Shown: piece by piece, positions 35,930 through 50,200 of the stretch
Numbering within the stretch: the stretch's first letter is position 1
Layout: every line of letters begins with the position of its first letter
Notes under the pieces: generated by a model
Told to the model about the DNA's origin: nothing
The model's input: the letters and a program-made list of their open reading frames with translations, nothing else
The model's database searches: none
NCBI GenBank assembly: GCA_905178155.1
Contig: CAJINV010000005.1
Coordinates: 1,452,438 to 1,516,437 of the forward strand
Direction of reading: 5' to 3'
Length of the DNA: 64,000 nucleotides
Source: Amoebophrya sp. A120
Taxonomy: Eukaryota; Protista; Dinoflagellata
Made by a program: the position numbers and the translations under genes

Positions 35930-37680
35930 AGGCACAAGGGTAAGACTAAAAGACACATGACGAAATACAACAAAAAGCATAGGAATGATCCCTCCGCTCG
36001 CTTTTTTCAAAAAGCCCGTATTTTCAGCACAACAAAACAAGCTCCACCAGGACACTCGGACCACTGTTCTCTCTTTGCGGTCCAAAAATACACACGCGCC
36101 ACACTGCCTCTTCAGAAGCAACACTCAAAACACAATCATACTGAACAAACCACCAGACACTTTCCACAGGCAGCGCTGACCGTCCGTGGGATGCATGCTC
36201 CGGTGGGCGAGCCAAGACATACTTAACTAGCACCCTGGGCCCCAATCCCAAAGCCTCCGGTTCTGACTGGCCATAAAGCAGGGGCATTTTACAAAATCGC
36301 CGCGCCCCCCCGGCCACAGATTCGGAAAAGCCCACAAACAGCGGGCGCGAACAGACGCCGGCGCGCGGGCCATGCAGCTGCGCCACACAAGCAGCAGCGC
36401 GCCACGCGTTGGCTCCGCGCCGACGGGGTGGAGGCACGGCTGGCACAGGCACCAAGGGCACGCGCCACGGGGACACACGGCACAAGAACACACAAAAAAG
36501 CGCGACCCTGCTTGCTCGGGGCGGGCGCGCGGAGCCGCAAAGGGGCGCCCAACCCAAAAACCAGCGCAAGGCTAGGGGGCGAAGTTCAAAAATACATCGG
36601 ACAGGGGCGGCGCGCCCGGGCGCCAAATAAATGGGCCGCCCCAAATTCCCCCACATTCGGCGAGGTGCCCAATCAATGGAACGGCCGGAACATGTTGAAC
36701 GGCGCCGGGTTGTAAACAGCAAGGAAGGCGGCGGGTGGGATTGGGCCAGCAGCGGCTGGCGCCGCGGGGGCTGCATTCCCGGAGCGCCAGCGGCTCGGCC
36801 TGCCTCTCGCCCCGGCTTCCGCCACGGAATTCGCGCGCCCCGCCCGTGTATTGGTTGGGCGTCCAGCCTCCCGCGCCGTCTTGTTCGCCGTCCAGCCTCC
36901 CCTGCTGCCTTCGCTACCTCCACGCTGGACGGCCCAGAACTCAGACAATGGCGGGGCGCCCGCGCGGGGCGGGGCGGCCGAGCGACCGCCCGGGCCCGCT
37001 CCAGCAGGGCGGCCGGCGCGCGCGCCCCGCCCGTTTTCACAGGGCGGGCGGGCGCTCCGCCTGCGTGCTCGCTGCCACACATCGAAGGCCGGGCCGCAGA
37101 ATTGTTTCCACAACCCCGGGGGGGCCTTTCCACTACCTAGTCCGCGTGACCTGGCGCGCTGCTTTTTGCGCGTGGCGATGTCGGCCGAAGCCGGCAGCGG
37201 CGGGCACTGGCAACGGGCTCGAGGGCGGAAAGCGGTAGCCGACGCGACTGAGAGGCAGCAGGCCCGGCATCGTCTTGCTCGGCCTCGTTACTTAGGTTGC
37301 CCGCTGGCTGGCGCTGCCGCCGGCGGCACCAAAAACAAAGCCGCGCCCGCCTTGCGTCTGCAGCTGCGCCAGGACGCTCTTCGCCCATTCACCACACAGC
37401 GACCGCCCGGCGCTGTGTCCGTGATGCAACTGGTAGGACGGCAACGCGCAAGAGCAGGGGAAGAGGGCCGGACCCATGCGCACGCGTTTGGCGAAATTCG
37501 ACACCGCTCCCACCCAAGCGCGGAAGTTCTCCGGTTTGTTTCCGCACCCCTCCGCCCTATCGTCGTTGACTGCTGGCCAGGTGGAATTCAACGCGTGGCA
37601 TGCCCTCGGCGACGTCGCTTCCGCTTCGCTCGAACTAGCGGTCTCTCTGCTCTCTCAAGTCTGGTGTGGGAGAAGCACAA
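35930..37680. other. GC-rich intergenic island, probable decayed transposable element
   Basis: Abrupt shift to G/C-run- and GGCC-rich sequence with surviving A/T tracts and an A/C-rich leading edge. Only R/A/P/G-rich shadow ORFs. Same texture as the interior of the 3-kb element. No TIR or TSD found, so boundaries are approximate. Confidence 0.5.
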
Positions 37681-38235
37681 TTCACACAGAAATAGGCCCC
37701 TGCGATGTAGCCCGATTATTCATCGATCTTGCTTCGTCCTTTCGATTCTGTTTACACACTGTTCGGAGTCACCACAAGCTTCGACACCACTCTACTATCG
37801 ATTTTTCCGGTATAGATATGGTTTAGGAGATATATGGTCTTAAAGTTGTGGAAATGTTGAAGAAAATGATCACTGGATAAAAATGTCGTACTCATACTTG
37901 TCACAGACTCAGACATCATGTGCACTTAGCTTACAATGCAGGTAATTAAATCATACAGTTGTTACGTTAGGAGTCATATTCATTGTACAGAGAGCGAAAA
38001 ATCAAAATCATGATCCAATTGTCATCACAGTACCCTGAATCTACTGTCGTGAGAGAGTACTTATTCGTATTGTACAACTACACACACGTGAAGTAGAACA
38101 CGCAGTGACGAAGCATAGATGAAAGCTCTGTATACGTAATAAAACAAAAATCGATTTGACAGCTTCGTGCGAGAAGTTGATGAAGTTGTCTTTCATATAA
38201 ACAACATTGCCACTCCACCTGCGCCCGGTCTCTTT

Positions 38236-41200
38236 TCAATTGTAACTCGCCCGAATCGGTCGGCACCACCGTTGCCACAAGAAATACCGAAAGTCCTCTC
38301 GGATGTTCCTTGTTTCCAAAACGAGTGTCGCAACGCCCCTCCGTGGCACGTCGGCTGGGGAGTGCCAGGTGCTATATTGGGCACCTCCTGCACTACTCGC
38401 CGGCGCAGTCTTCACCGCATTGATATCTTCTTCAACACCTACTTCCACACTGTCCGCGTCTGTCGGCAACAGCAAGACCGGTGGCGCGTTCAAATTCTTT
38501 GCTTCCCTCGCCGCCTCTACGACTTCCAGAACGGATTTCATTTTTGTCAGACCGCTTTTACTCTCCAAATCCGCGCAGACGAATAGTTTTCCGCTCTCCG
38601 CTTTCGCCACGCAGTACAACACCCAGACGAGCAGCCGGTCTTCTGGAATCGAGACATCCACAGTGTACGTCGAACTGTGCAGCTGATGGTAGTGGGCGAT
38701 ATTCGTGACGGAATAGAGCAAATTTAACGTGGTCAGCCGCCCGATCCGGGTGACGATTTCCTGTTGTGCCGTCTCGCTGAACACGTTTCGGTTGAACAGT
38801 ACCCGCGGTGAGCAAATCTTCTCCCGTTCCGCACACCGAGAAAAGAGGAGAAAAAACATTTCAACCCGCGGGTCGCTGTCGACATGCTGGTCTTTCGACT
38901 GCCAGTCGACCTCGTCCAGCCACCCGGAGCCGTCCGCGAAAATCTTAAGCAGTTTTAGAAAGTCTGCGACCCGGAGATGCAGCAAGTGGGTGATGGAGCG
39001 GAGCGCGCGGATTTTGTGAAACACGGCCGCGTCGGACTTTTCTAAAACTAGGCAAAGCCGGTCGAGGAGCTCCAAGTTCGTGGTTTGGAGCTGGGGCTGG
39101 TTGTCGCTATTGGATATTCCTGCAGAAGTAGTCCCAGTTGTGCCGGGGCTGGATGGGCTAGCTGGATTGCTCATGTCAAGTTGTTTTGTTTGAGATGGTT
39201 GCTGTGCGAAGAAGCCGTGGATCTGTGGGCCGCAGGTCGTCGATGTTGACGGTATCTTCTTTTCAAACCCGACGCCGGTTTCTCCGGCTGGAAGCGGGTT
39301 GACCGTCAACAATGATGAGGAGTAATCGCAAAAGAAAATCTCCGTCTCAACCACCGCGGAGTCATCTTCATCTCCCGGCTCTGCGCCCTCTTGGCTTTTC
39401 TTACCGCTTTTTCCAAATGGATTTTGCTGCTGCTTCGCGCTTGGGCAGCTACTGGAAGAACCCGCTCCCGCCGCGGAGCTCCGCACGATCTTCAGGTGGC
39501 AATTTCGAAAATGATCATCGTCCTGGTACTGCGACAGATCGCACGGCGGGAACACCGGCGCACCTCCACCGCCGCTTTCCGAAAAGTTCCCGTCCGGGCC
39601 ACCGGCGATCGGCGGGAAAATGAGTGCTTTGTCCTGCTCGGAGAGCATTGACCACTGATTTTTCGCGGAGAAATTTGGCGGCAGCAATTTCACACCGTGG
39701 ATCGAGCCCGCGATGTTTTTGTTGCTTCCACCCGAAGAAGATACTGTTCCTGTCGCACCGGAGTTGTGCATCGCCAGCTTGTAGTCGAAAACCGACTTTT
39801 CCCATTCGTTGATCAGCATCAAACCCTCCAGAACCGCCCGGTCACAGGCATTTGTCCCAACTCGCAGCGCATATCTGCCTGTCGGGTTTTGTGGGCAGTA
39901 GTAGAAAAACGGGCGGACGATCTGCAGAATCAATTTTCTCGTCGTTTTGTGCGTCGTGTCGCTAGACAAAAGCCGCTCAAACTGCAACCCGCGGCAGGAC
40001 ACGTCGGTCCTGAACCACAATGATGGGAGTAGCTCCTGGCAGACGTGCGGAACGCGTGCATGGGACACACACTCCCTCAGCAAAGTCGCGAGCTGTGCCT
40101 GTTTCAAGATACAGGTCCTCTGCAAAGCGGTGAGAAACGCTTGGAAACCGGTTGGAAGACACAAATCGAGCATGTCTTTCACGACTAGAAACTGGCTGAA
40201 CGTCAGGAAATGGAGCTTTTTCGCGATTTTCATGTACTTCTGGTACATCGAAGCAACGCGTCGGTATTCCTGATTCGACCCGGCGACGAGGGTCGTTGGA
40301 ATGATAGACGCGAAATCCTGTTCATGGAGAAAGTTGTGCTGCTGTAACTGGTGCCCGACCACATGATGATTTCCTCCGATACTTGCGGCTTTCCCATTCC
40401 TCGCTTTCCCCTTTGAACTTGAAGAAGTACTTGATGCCTCAAAAGTTGTCACCTTGTCGAGGAAATCAGGCGGCGTCACTTGTACACGGATGTTCCTTGT
40501 GAAAGGGTTTTCATCGCCCTGCTTCTCCTCTTTGAGACAGGACAACAACGTGTGTGCCTCTGCCTGTCTTATGTCGTTCTCCAGAGCCGCTGCAACCGAA
40601 TCTAAACTTTGTGAACCGCCATTGTTCCCGTTTTTCTTGTTCTTGTTCGGCCCTTTGGCTTTTGCAGCCACACCACCGTCGCCATTTTCTGGCTCGGGTA
40701 AGAGCTTGAGTTGCGGGATGCAGTCCAGCAGAGTTTTGTTCGCAGCGGTGAAATCGCTTCGGTAGAGTTTCCGGCAAAACAACGAGCGGGCAAACGGATC
40801 CCTTAAATTCAAATCGTAAACACCCTGGACCAAGTTGCTCGATCGAAAAATCGTCGGCGCCGCGTCCTGAAAGCCAGACACGTCGACGCAGCGCAGGGTT
40901 GGTAAAGCGATGACCAAGCGGAGCAAGGATTCTAAACCCAAGGACCCCAGCGGGCTTCCCGCGAGGAACAAACTGCGCAATTTAGGGTGTTTCGAGCACG
41001 CGCATTCCAGCACAAAGGCGGTCTTCGCGTCGAAACCGGAGTGCGCTAAATCCAAGGAAAGTAGCGTATTGTTCTCCGCCAGGCCCTCGACGAAAAGGGA
41101 GAGCGGGGAATACGTGTCGAGGTATTGGTTTTGCTTTTCGAGAGAAGCTCCTGCAGAAGACGCAGCTCCGCCTCCCGCTCCACTACTTGTTGACGAAGTA

Positions 41201-44200
41201 CCATCGCCCGTTGTTCCATTTTCTTCCTTCGAGCTAGTTGGTTCCCCAGCGCTGGTCCCCGGCACTTCTGTTTCTGCCTTGTAGATCATCTCCTGCAGTT
41301 GTGTTTTCCCGGACACGAATCTCGTGTCCAGAATGTGCGAGATATCTTCGTCCGGGTGCGACGGCCCGGAAAGGATCATCTGCGTGCGCGAGCTGTGCGC
41401 CTTCCGGTTAAACACAACGGCCGCGTGCGCCATGTCGCCCGCGTCAAAGCCGTTGGTGAGTTTCAAGTCCGCGATCGCGAACCCGTGGTGGTCCGCTGCG
41501 GAAGTCCCCGATTGGAAGGAACTACACCTCCCGTACTTGATTCTTGCCTCCCCGAACGACTGCGCGTTGTAACTCAAGTCGAGATGCTCTAATGACTTCG
41601 TGTGTTTCACCAACGCGCGGAGCGCCAGCAGGCCATCGTCTAGCAGAAAATTCCTGCTCAAATCCAGTTTCTGTAAAAACGTCAAGTGCTGCAGCTCCAC
41701 CACCTCCGCCTGCCCCGTCGTTCTCCCCAGCCCGCAGTCACTGACGTTCAGGTCCATCAAGAACGGCGTGTACCCGGAGAGCGACCTGAAAAGCTGCAAG
41801 AACAGTCCGGGCGAGCACCGCTTGAACCCTTGGAGATCCAACCGCCGGAGAGATTTTGGTAACAGACACGTTGGCTGGACCAGGCCGACTAGGAACAGAT
41901 CGCCGAGCTGTGGGTTGTTGCCAATCACGAGCTCCTGGAGGTGGGAAAGGACTTTTGGAGTTTTGCTTTTGTTTTCCTCGTCTGTTTGTTCATCATCGGA
42001 TGAAGTTGCGCCGTCGGAAGAGGTATTCGAATTTGCTGTGGGTCCAGCATTTTTGTTCTTCATCACTGCAGCAGCCGCGACTGTCTTTGCATAGTCCTTG
42101 TTCCAGAGCTTCAGGAAGTTCAGAAGCGCTTCCGCGGAGAACTGATTCCCATCGAGGTAGAGCCGCCGAATCGCGCGCCTGCTTTCTAGAAGCTCCCTGA
42201 GAATGTTCGTCGTCCTCCCTGCGGAGATGACGTCTTCTTCCAGTAGGAGTTTGACCAAATTGTGTTGCTTCAACTTGTCCGCCTGTTCGAAGAAAGAAGT
42301 TTTACCGCTTGGATTTTCTTTCCTGCTCAATTTCAGCGCTAATTTGATCGCTTTTCCTTCTTCCTCTTCCTCCAAAGCCATCTGCTTCACTGCTTCGGTG
42401 CTGCAGATCAACTCGTTGTCCTCCAACTGCCATTGGCTGAAGTTCAGAGTTCCCGGACCGCCCAAGACGAACTGCGAATTCCCAAACGCAAAGGCCGCGC
42501 GTTCGGAGCACTGGAGTCTCCTCGCGGTGCGGATGTAGAGTTGATCGGCTATGGACTCCGCAACCGTGTTGGTGGTTAACCTTGGCAAGTGCAGCATCGC
42601 CTCGAAGAGGGACTCCCGCCAATTCCGTTGCTGTTTGTCCAAAGTGGAGATGACAGATTCCACGCCCGGCGGGATGGTGTCGAGGAGAAGCGTGTCGTTC
42701 AGGGTTCTGAACCTTGTCGAGGACGAAGTACTAGATGAACGGGCTCTTGTGTCAGGAACTGGACCTGAGGCTTTATTTGACGAAGTGTTGCCTGTTAAAA
42801 GCTGAGCCGGTGGCGAAGCCGCACCAATCTCGCTCGTACGAGCGCGACGCATGGACTTGCTCCAATCGTTCAGCTTCTGTTTCGTTTGCTTCTTGTGAAT
42901 CGTTGGCGAAACCCAAAAGGGATTGTTTGAGGGCTCTTTTCTCTTTCTCGGTGGTGTGCCGAAGTGCGCTGGCTGGTCAGCAGCATCCACGTCTTCTCCG
43001 TTCCTTGCAGCTTCTTCTTCAAGAGCTCTACTTTCACTGCCTCTAGCTGCATTCACCAAAACCATCCTCCGCAAAAACTTTTCCGGATACGAGCGTGCCA
43101 ATTCCATCCGCTCTGGCTCGGAGAGAAGCGGGAAATACCGCCCCAATGCCTTTGCGTAGCTTTTCATCTGCAGCCTTATCTGCTCCTGTTCGGTCATTTC
43201 AGTTTCGTCGAGACCTGCGTTCGCAGTGTGTGCAGGTGCACCATTCATCCTGCCGACAGTACTAGCATTCCCCTCGTCCACCCCCTTCGGACCTACCTCC
43301 ACCAGTGCTTCTTTTCTCGCTCTTTGAAAATCTTCCACCCTTTCTATCAACAGCGCTTCGCACTGCCCGATGCTCATCTCGTTCTGGGTGGTGACAAGCT
43401 TCAAGTGCTTGTCCTCACGGAGAATCGGTGCGTAGTTCTCCTTCAGGTAGACGGCGTTTGACCCGTCGAGATCGTGTGGGGCTGTTTCTCTTGCCTTCCT
43501 GCTGCTCGCGAGCTCATCGTACACGTTTGCAGTTTTACTACCATGCCAGGGGGAGCTCGCTGTCTTGCTGTACTGTGAATGGCCCTTCACCTTTTGCGGA
43601 GAGGAGGAGATCGATCGCATGGAGCTGCTTAATGTAGTTGTTTTCATCATCATCCTCTTCTTCGCCGCCAGCTCGGCTTGCGCATCCGCGAGCAAGTCGC
43701 CGCCACGACCTTCGTCCATTTGCTCCTTCGCTTGCACAGTTGCAGGATTTCTGTTCTGTTGCGGACCGGGGATGCAGAAGTTCGCTGTTGCGGAGGAAAG
43801 CTTCAACTTTTCCAACTCCTCCGGGTCGTTGAAAAAAAACGCGGTACCTGGCTGCTTCCTGTACCTTCTCAGGTCCCTTCCCTCGTGCTCGAGCAGGGTT
43901 TGCGCACAGGAAACCACTTTGCAAACCGACGGGTCGTTCGCGGTGCGCCCGTGCTGCTTTTGCTTTTGCGGGCTCAGGCTTTTGGACTTTATTTTCAAGT
44001 GATGGTGACTGTGGTCGGTTTGATGTGTGGTCGCATGCGGTCCACCAGGGCGGTAAAAATGGTGCCCGTCTTGATGAAATACATTTTCGCCTCCATCAAC
44101 TACCTGATCCTCCTCCACCACTCCGCGAAAGGCGTATTTATTCGCCCCCCAAGAATGCAGCGCCTCGTCCGCCGTCGACGGCCTCCCACCGCGGAGGACT

Positions 44201-47200
44201 TCTTCGTTCGAATACTTGTAGAAGTCCAACCCCTGTAAATGCTGGAGAGAATCCTTGTCCACTTTCGGCACATGTTCCTGCACGGGGCCGTGGATCGTTT
44301 CGTGCGCGACCATCTTCCGAAATGCGATACTCGTATCATTTAACCGGATCAGGTGACTCGCTCTTGCAGTTGCGAAGGGGGCGAAAATGCCCTTCGGGGG
44401 GGAGAAGGGCGGGGTTTCTGGTTCGTGTTGGTGGTGTTGTGGTACCATCACGGTGGTGCTCGCGCTTCTGGTGTTTGTGCCGCCTACTGAAGTTGAGACG
44501 TCTTCGGAATCTGGGAGGTTTTGTTCGCTGCAATCATCATGATTTTCGCCCGCGAAAGTAACACCTTTGGATCCGGAACGACGCGGCTCAGTTCCGGAAA
44601 GTGGGGCTCCTTGGCCGTTGTCCAGCCCTTCGCCACAAGCCTCCTGTGGATTTTGTTCACAATTGCTTTCCAACCCCAACGCCCTAGCCCCCACATCGAC
44701 AATCATCGGCTTCAAAGTTATCTTCCGCAGGGGGGACAAAGCTCCCCTTGTCTTCCGCCTGTACGGGCTATTTCCGATCATCTCTGACGACGCAGAAACG
44801 GGAATTTTCTGCACCTCCAGATACTCCCGCCGGCTGTCCTTCTGCTGCTTTTTTATCACGGATTCGATGTTTAAGCTATTCGGAAAAAACTTCGCTTTGT
44901 CAACCTCTTCGTCCGACTTCTTGTACATCCGGCTGTGTTGCGTGAAAAACTCGCTGTGCCGCAAATCGTAGCTCGGTAGTGGCGGGTGGTTTACACTGCT
45001 GTTGTTGTGCGTCAAGAAATGCTTCTCCATCGCGCTCAAGCTCCCGCACCGCGCCATCCACTTCTCAAACGCTTTCGTGTACGGGCCAAAGGGGTCTTTG
45101 AACGTGTTCCGGTGGTTTTTCCCGATGGAGGTCGCGTGGCCGGAGGCGGTGACGATGGCGAAGTGCTGTAAGTCTGTATTCAATAACTCCCGGTTGTCGA
45201 CAAAAATCTGCTGCATTTGCTGCTGCCGGCGTAATCCCTTCGTCGTAGCACATATTCGTTTCACACAGAGCAAAACCCGTCTCGCCGTATTGCTGTTCTG
45301 CACGTGGTGGGCGAGAATTGAGGCCGGGGTTTGATGGCTAAGCGCAGTTGTTACAGTACCACCGGAAGAAGTGATTTTGCTTTTCCGCGTGCGGGACTGG
45401 AGTTCCTGCGCCGCGGTTAGAGATTGGTGGTCACGGTCACCAGCAGATGCCGGGTTGTGATTATACTCGCCGCTAGTGGAGGAGAAGCCCGCCCCACCTC
45501 GTCCCCCACCAGTCGACGATTTGCTGTTGGCCAGAACTTTGGAGCCCCTCGTCCCGACCACCGATTTGGCTCGGTTCCGCAGAAACGTCAGATTGGCCTC
45601 GTGCTCCCCGTCGTCGTCAATCAAGCTGCTGCGCGCCATCTTGTTGTTGTCCGCGATGTTGTGATGCGAGATGCACACCGTGTGGTGGACGGAGAGCTGA
45701 TGAAGCAGTTGCGGCTTTTGCTTCGAGCCGGGCAATGCGGTGCTCCCCTTCGACGACTTCGTCTTCGAAGATGTGGACTTTCTGCGGTTCATCTGCTCGT
45801 CACTGTTTTCGCTCACCCTCGGTAGATGCAGCTTCGACGTAGTTTTACTGCCAAATAGTAGACCAGCACCCCGTTGCCCCCCTTCTGCGGAAAATCCAAA
45901 ACCGCCCGAAGTAGAACTCGTCGACGAGCTTTTGCTCCCGGCGTGCGAAGCCGTCATCCTTCTTTTTTTCAAATTACTCGCCGTCGTGCTCATCATCACG
46001 GTGCTGGCCCTCGCTTTCGATCCCATAGCGCTCGTCGACGGGGTGACCACGGTTTTGCTGCCCCGTCTCTCGTTCTTCTCCTCTTGGAGTAAGAGGAGCA
46101 GATTCGTATCCGAGCAACTCCCATCGGCCATTTTGCTCCAGGATTCTAGTCCGAGTAACAGCGTCTGCAAGAAGTCGTTCGTCCGCTTCTCTTGCCGTCT
46201 TCGCAACGCGAGGTCCGCTTCCTGCGCTAGTCGCTCAGCGGCCTTGGATCTGCGGAACAGGTCGGGGGTGTTGGCGATCAGCTCCAGGAATTCCAGGAAG
46301 TCGAGGTTGCCAGACCTAAGGATGTGGTTTCAAGGATTTGACGAGAAGTGATACTGCAGCAGCAACTTGTAGTACTACACTGCGAACCCATGATTCCTTG
46401 GTCATCTTGCAACATGCGCAATTCATCAAGTTGTAGTAGATGACGATTCTGTTTTGTGATCTTTATGCAAGAACAGCAATCCATCTCCATGTATAGTACG
46501 AATCCGCATCCGCCTTCTCAATCGCCACTCTCAACGTCTCGTCGTCAAACTCCAGATCGTTTTTGAGCAAAACCGATATCCAAGAAAAAAACACTGTTAG
46601 TGTAAATTTGTGATGCTCAACATACAAGATGATTGTGGCTGTCATGTTTGGCATGCATCTTAAGGTCCATGAAAGGGCGATTTCACGTACTATCTGCGCA
46701 TGACAGGTTTTTGCTGTCATGCCAGACAAATTTGTAATGCTGTTCCTCCAATAAAAAAGTTACACCTACAATGTTTTTTTCTTGGATAACCGAAGCCAGT
46801 AGATCGTTGTCCACCGCTTCCGTTTCTTCCGACGCAAACCCGTGAAAAATCCGCAAGAACTGACACAGCTGCTTCGTGTCCCACCGCAGGGCGTCGATGA
46901 GCTCGATGAGCCTCGGTTGCTTTCCATCTTCAAACAGTTTCGGCCCATCCGGCATGTTTTTCTCCATCCAGTCTTGGAGGTTGGAGACGATGGTTAGGAA
47001 TTCCACAAAATCCAAATCGCCCGAACCGTCAATGTCCACCTTGTCGTATTCTCGTTTGATCAGCTCCTTATCATTGGGTAACAACTGCAGCGCTTGGAGG
47101 GTGGTTTTCAGTTCCAAGAAATCCATCGACTCCGATCCGTCCTCGTCGAAGCAGAGGAAGACGGTTTTCAGGGACAAGACCTGTCTGGAGGTGTAGTGTC

Positions 47201-50200
47201 TTTTCTTCAGAATCTGGATCAACGGTGGTAATCTCCCCTCAAAAATCGACTGTCGCGGTTTCGTCGGGTCCTTCATCGTTGCGGTGATGATAATGGTGTC
47301 GAACTTCTTTTCTAATTCGGCGACTTCATCCAGTTTTTGTTTGTCTTTTAGGAAAGGAGAAGCGCCGCTCTTTGGCTTTGTACTTGACGTAGAAGTTGTT
47401 CCGATGCTTGTTATAATTTCACTTGCCGCTAGATCGTGCAACTTCTTCTCCAAGACGATCTCCAAGTCCTGCATGGACAGCCTTGCGTTCCGGGCGCGGA
47501 AGATTTTCTCAACCAACGAGAGGAATTCGACGAAATCTAGGACCCCATTTCCGTCCGTGTCGTACATCTCCAACAGCATGTCCGCGCACCGCTTCGTCAC
47601 ACTCCGGTATCAAAAGAAAAAAGTTCGTCACGATCACTCATGGGCATTTTTGCAATACAAAAAATGCCTCGCCTGTCATGCGTAAACATGCATCACAGCC
47701 AAACAACATACGGGATTTCCCTTAGTGTTTCTGCAATACAAGGAAAAGCTATGATGCTAAAAAAATTGTAAATGCAAAACCCCCAATTTAGTGACTGTGA
47801 CAAACTTTTTTCTCTCCATATCCGGTCGATCGCTTTCAGCAGCGTCCAGAAGTCTTTCTGGTGCACCACGTGGGTCGTGGTCGGCTGTAGATGTAGTTCT
47901 GGCTGGGAGGTGGAGGACAGGGTCGCTGTGACAGGTAGGCGATCTAGTTCTCGTCCTGCCCCTGATGTGCCGCGCAGTACTGACATCGTAATAGCAGTAG
48001 AAGAAGGGCCGCCGGGGGTGCTTTCTGCAGCGGCAACAAGGCTGACATTGTGCTGATGTTGTTGTCCAAGAACTCCTACTCCACCTCCACCTGAAGGAGC
48101 AACGTCGTCACCGCTCCCACTGCCCCCCTTCTTCAAATCCGATAGCTCCGTGAAGCATTCAAACATGGCCAAACACAGTTCCAAATCGTCCAACGTCAAC
48201 CTCTTGTACACATACGGAATGTGCAAAGTAGACTGCGGAAACTGGGCCAATAGCAGCAAAAACGAAACGAAATGCGCGGTCAAGGGTTCTTCTTTTTTCT
48301 CCACGTGCCCAAAACCCAAATCCACACCGAGAGAAACCGCACCTGTAATCATTGGACTAGCCCTGGATTTACTTTTGCCCCAGATGTTGCTAGTTGAATC
48401 GATGGTCACCGCAGAAGAAAATCGGTGCTTCAGCAGAATACTTTTCCCGAACCGTATCTGCTCCGCCGCGCTTCGCGAGTGCTGCATCGGCCGCGAGTCG
48501 GCGGTTAGAGCGCCACCGGTACTAATAGAACTAGCGCCAGCCTTTTCCGGGGATCTGGAAAACGCGGACCGCTTCACTCGTTCTGCGAAATTTTTCACGT
48601 GTTTGTTCTCCCGTTTCAGCTTCTTGATCCGACTCCGGTTCCGCAGGTTCGTCAAGCCTCGGACTTGAAAAGCGATGTCCTCGAAGTACAGACCAGGGGA
48701 TTTTACGTGGACTTCCATTTCCTCCAGTTGACCCGCAGTTGTCATCGACGCTGCTGCGCATCCCATTATACCACTTTCCGTCGAACCATCCGGAGCTCCT
48801 GCAAAGCTCGTTTTCGTCTTCGAAGAGTGTGTCGAGGTGGACCCGACTCTCACCATTGAACTCGAGATCGTGCTGGTCGCTTTACTGGTTTGTCTGCTCG
48901 TAGTACTACTTCCGTCCGCATTCACAACTGCCACTGCCGTTGAAGTCACGGTTTTATGATGTTCTCGCCGGTCGATCGTCAAAGAGGACGCTCTTGTCGC
49001 CGTTCCCGATTCGACGGCGGTCATGGTCGTCGAAACCATCGTGCTAGTCATGGTTCCCTTGGGACTCATCATCGGACTCGCAGTTGTGCTTGGTGGTGCG
49101 GTGGATCCAGAAGGGATGTAGTTGGAAATCCCCGCGGCGCGCTTGGCCAAGGCGTCTTTCTCCTTCTGGTAATCGGGGTGGAAAACGGATTTTTTCGGCC
49201 CGCCAGCCATTAGAGTTTTTCTCTGCCCGTCCTGCTTGCGTTTGAAAAAGTTCTGCAGTCGCTGCTTCTCGTCTTCCGTGTCGGAGAGGTTCGCTGCTGA
49301 CGTGTTTGTTCTAGTATCACCCCGCTCTGACTTGGAAGTCGGTGACATTTGCTGAACCGACGCTCTAGAAGTCGTGTTACTGTTCGCCATTTTCGGCGAC
49401 AGTGACCGGGAGGAACTCGCTTTCGACTTGCCGACGACAGGCATGGAAGCCCGCGAACTGTAAGTCTTGTCGAATATGTTGAAACTCTCGTCTTCAAGCC
49501 CCGAGCTCGCGCAGCTGTACCGAGAGTCCTTGCTGTTGCTCTTGGCGCGCCGATCGAAATCAACAGTGACGGATTTGGTTTTTCCAACATTTTGATGTTG
49601 TGCGCCGCTGAAGGAGCTGCCTGAAGCGATCGCGACAGAATTGGTCGCGGCCGCCCCGGGTGGGTGAAAATGTCCGCCTACAGGTGGTTGTCCCGCCCTC
49701 GCCCCACCCAGTTGGGTCAGCGCAGCTAACTCGTGGTGCTGAAGGGTCAAGGGTTCGACAGCCGCTTTGGGATCGGGTAAATCCAAAACCCCGCGGAGCA
49801 GCTCCTCGACGAAGCTCAAATCCAGCTCTTCCTCGGGCAGAATCTTCCGCAGAATTTCCAGGCAAACCTCGCAGTCGATCTTCGGTAATTCGCCCGTGAT
49901 CCCCTTCCGCGCTCGTCGAATCTTCTCATCCACGGTGGTTCTGACCTTCGCGACCTGGAGTGGGGGCTGCTGCTGCTGAAATTCACTGAAGTTGGAAAAT
50001 GCAGCTGGTAGTTCCTCGGCCTCAGAGTCGTCTTCTTCTCTGGTTGCCTTTGCTGGAGCTGCGGTGGCTTTGGACATCTTGTAGTAGGCCAGAAACATGC
50101 ACTTCAAGGAAAAAACGTCGTCCGCGTTCCAACCTTTTTCCTGATTAATAGGTGCAGTTTCACATTTTCATTCAAGATGCGATTGCGAACGCGGTGGCGG

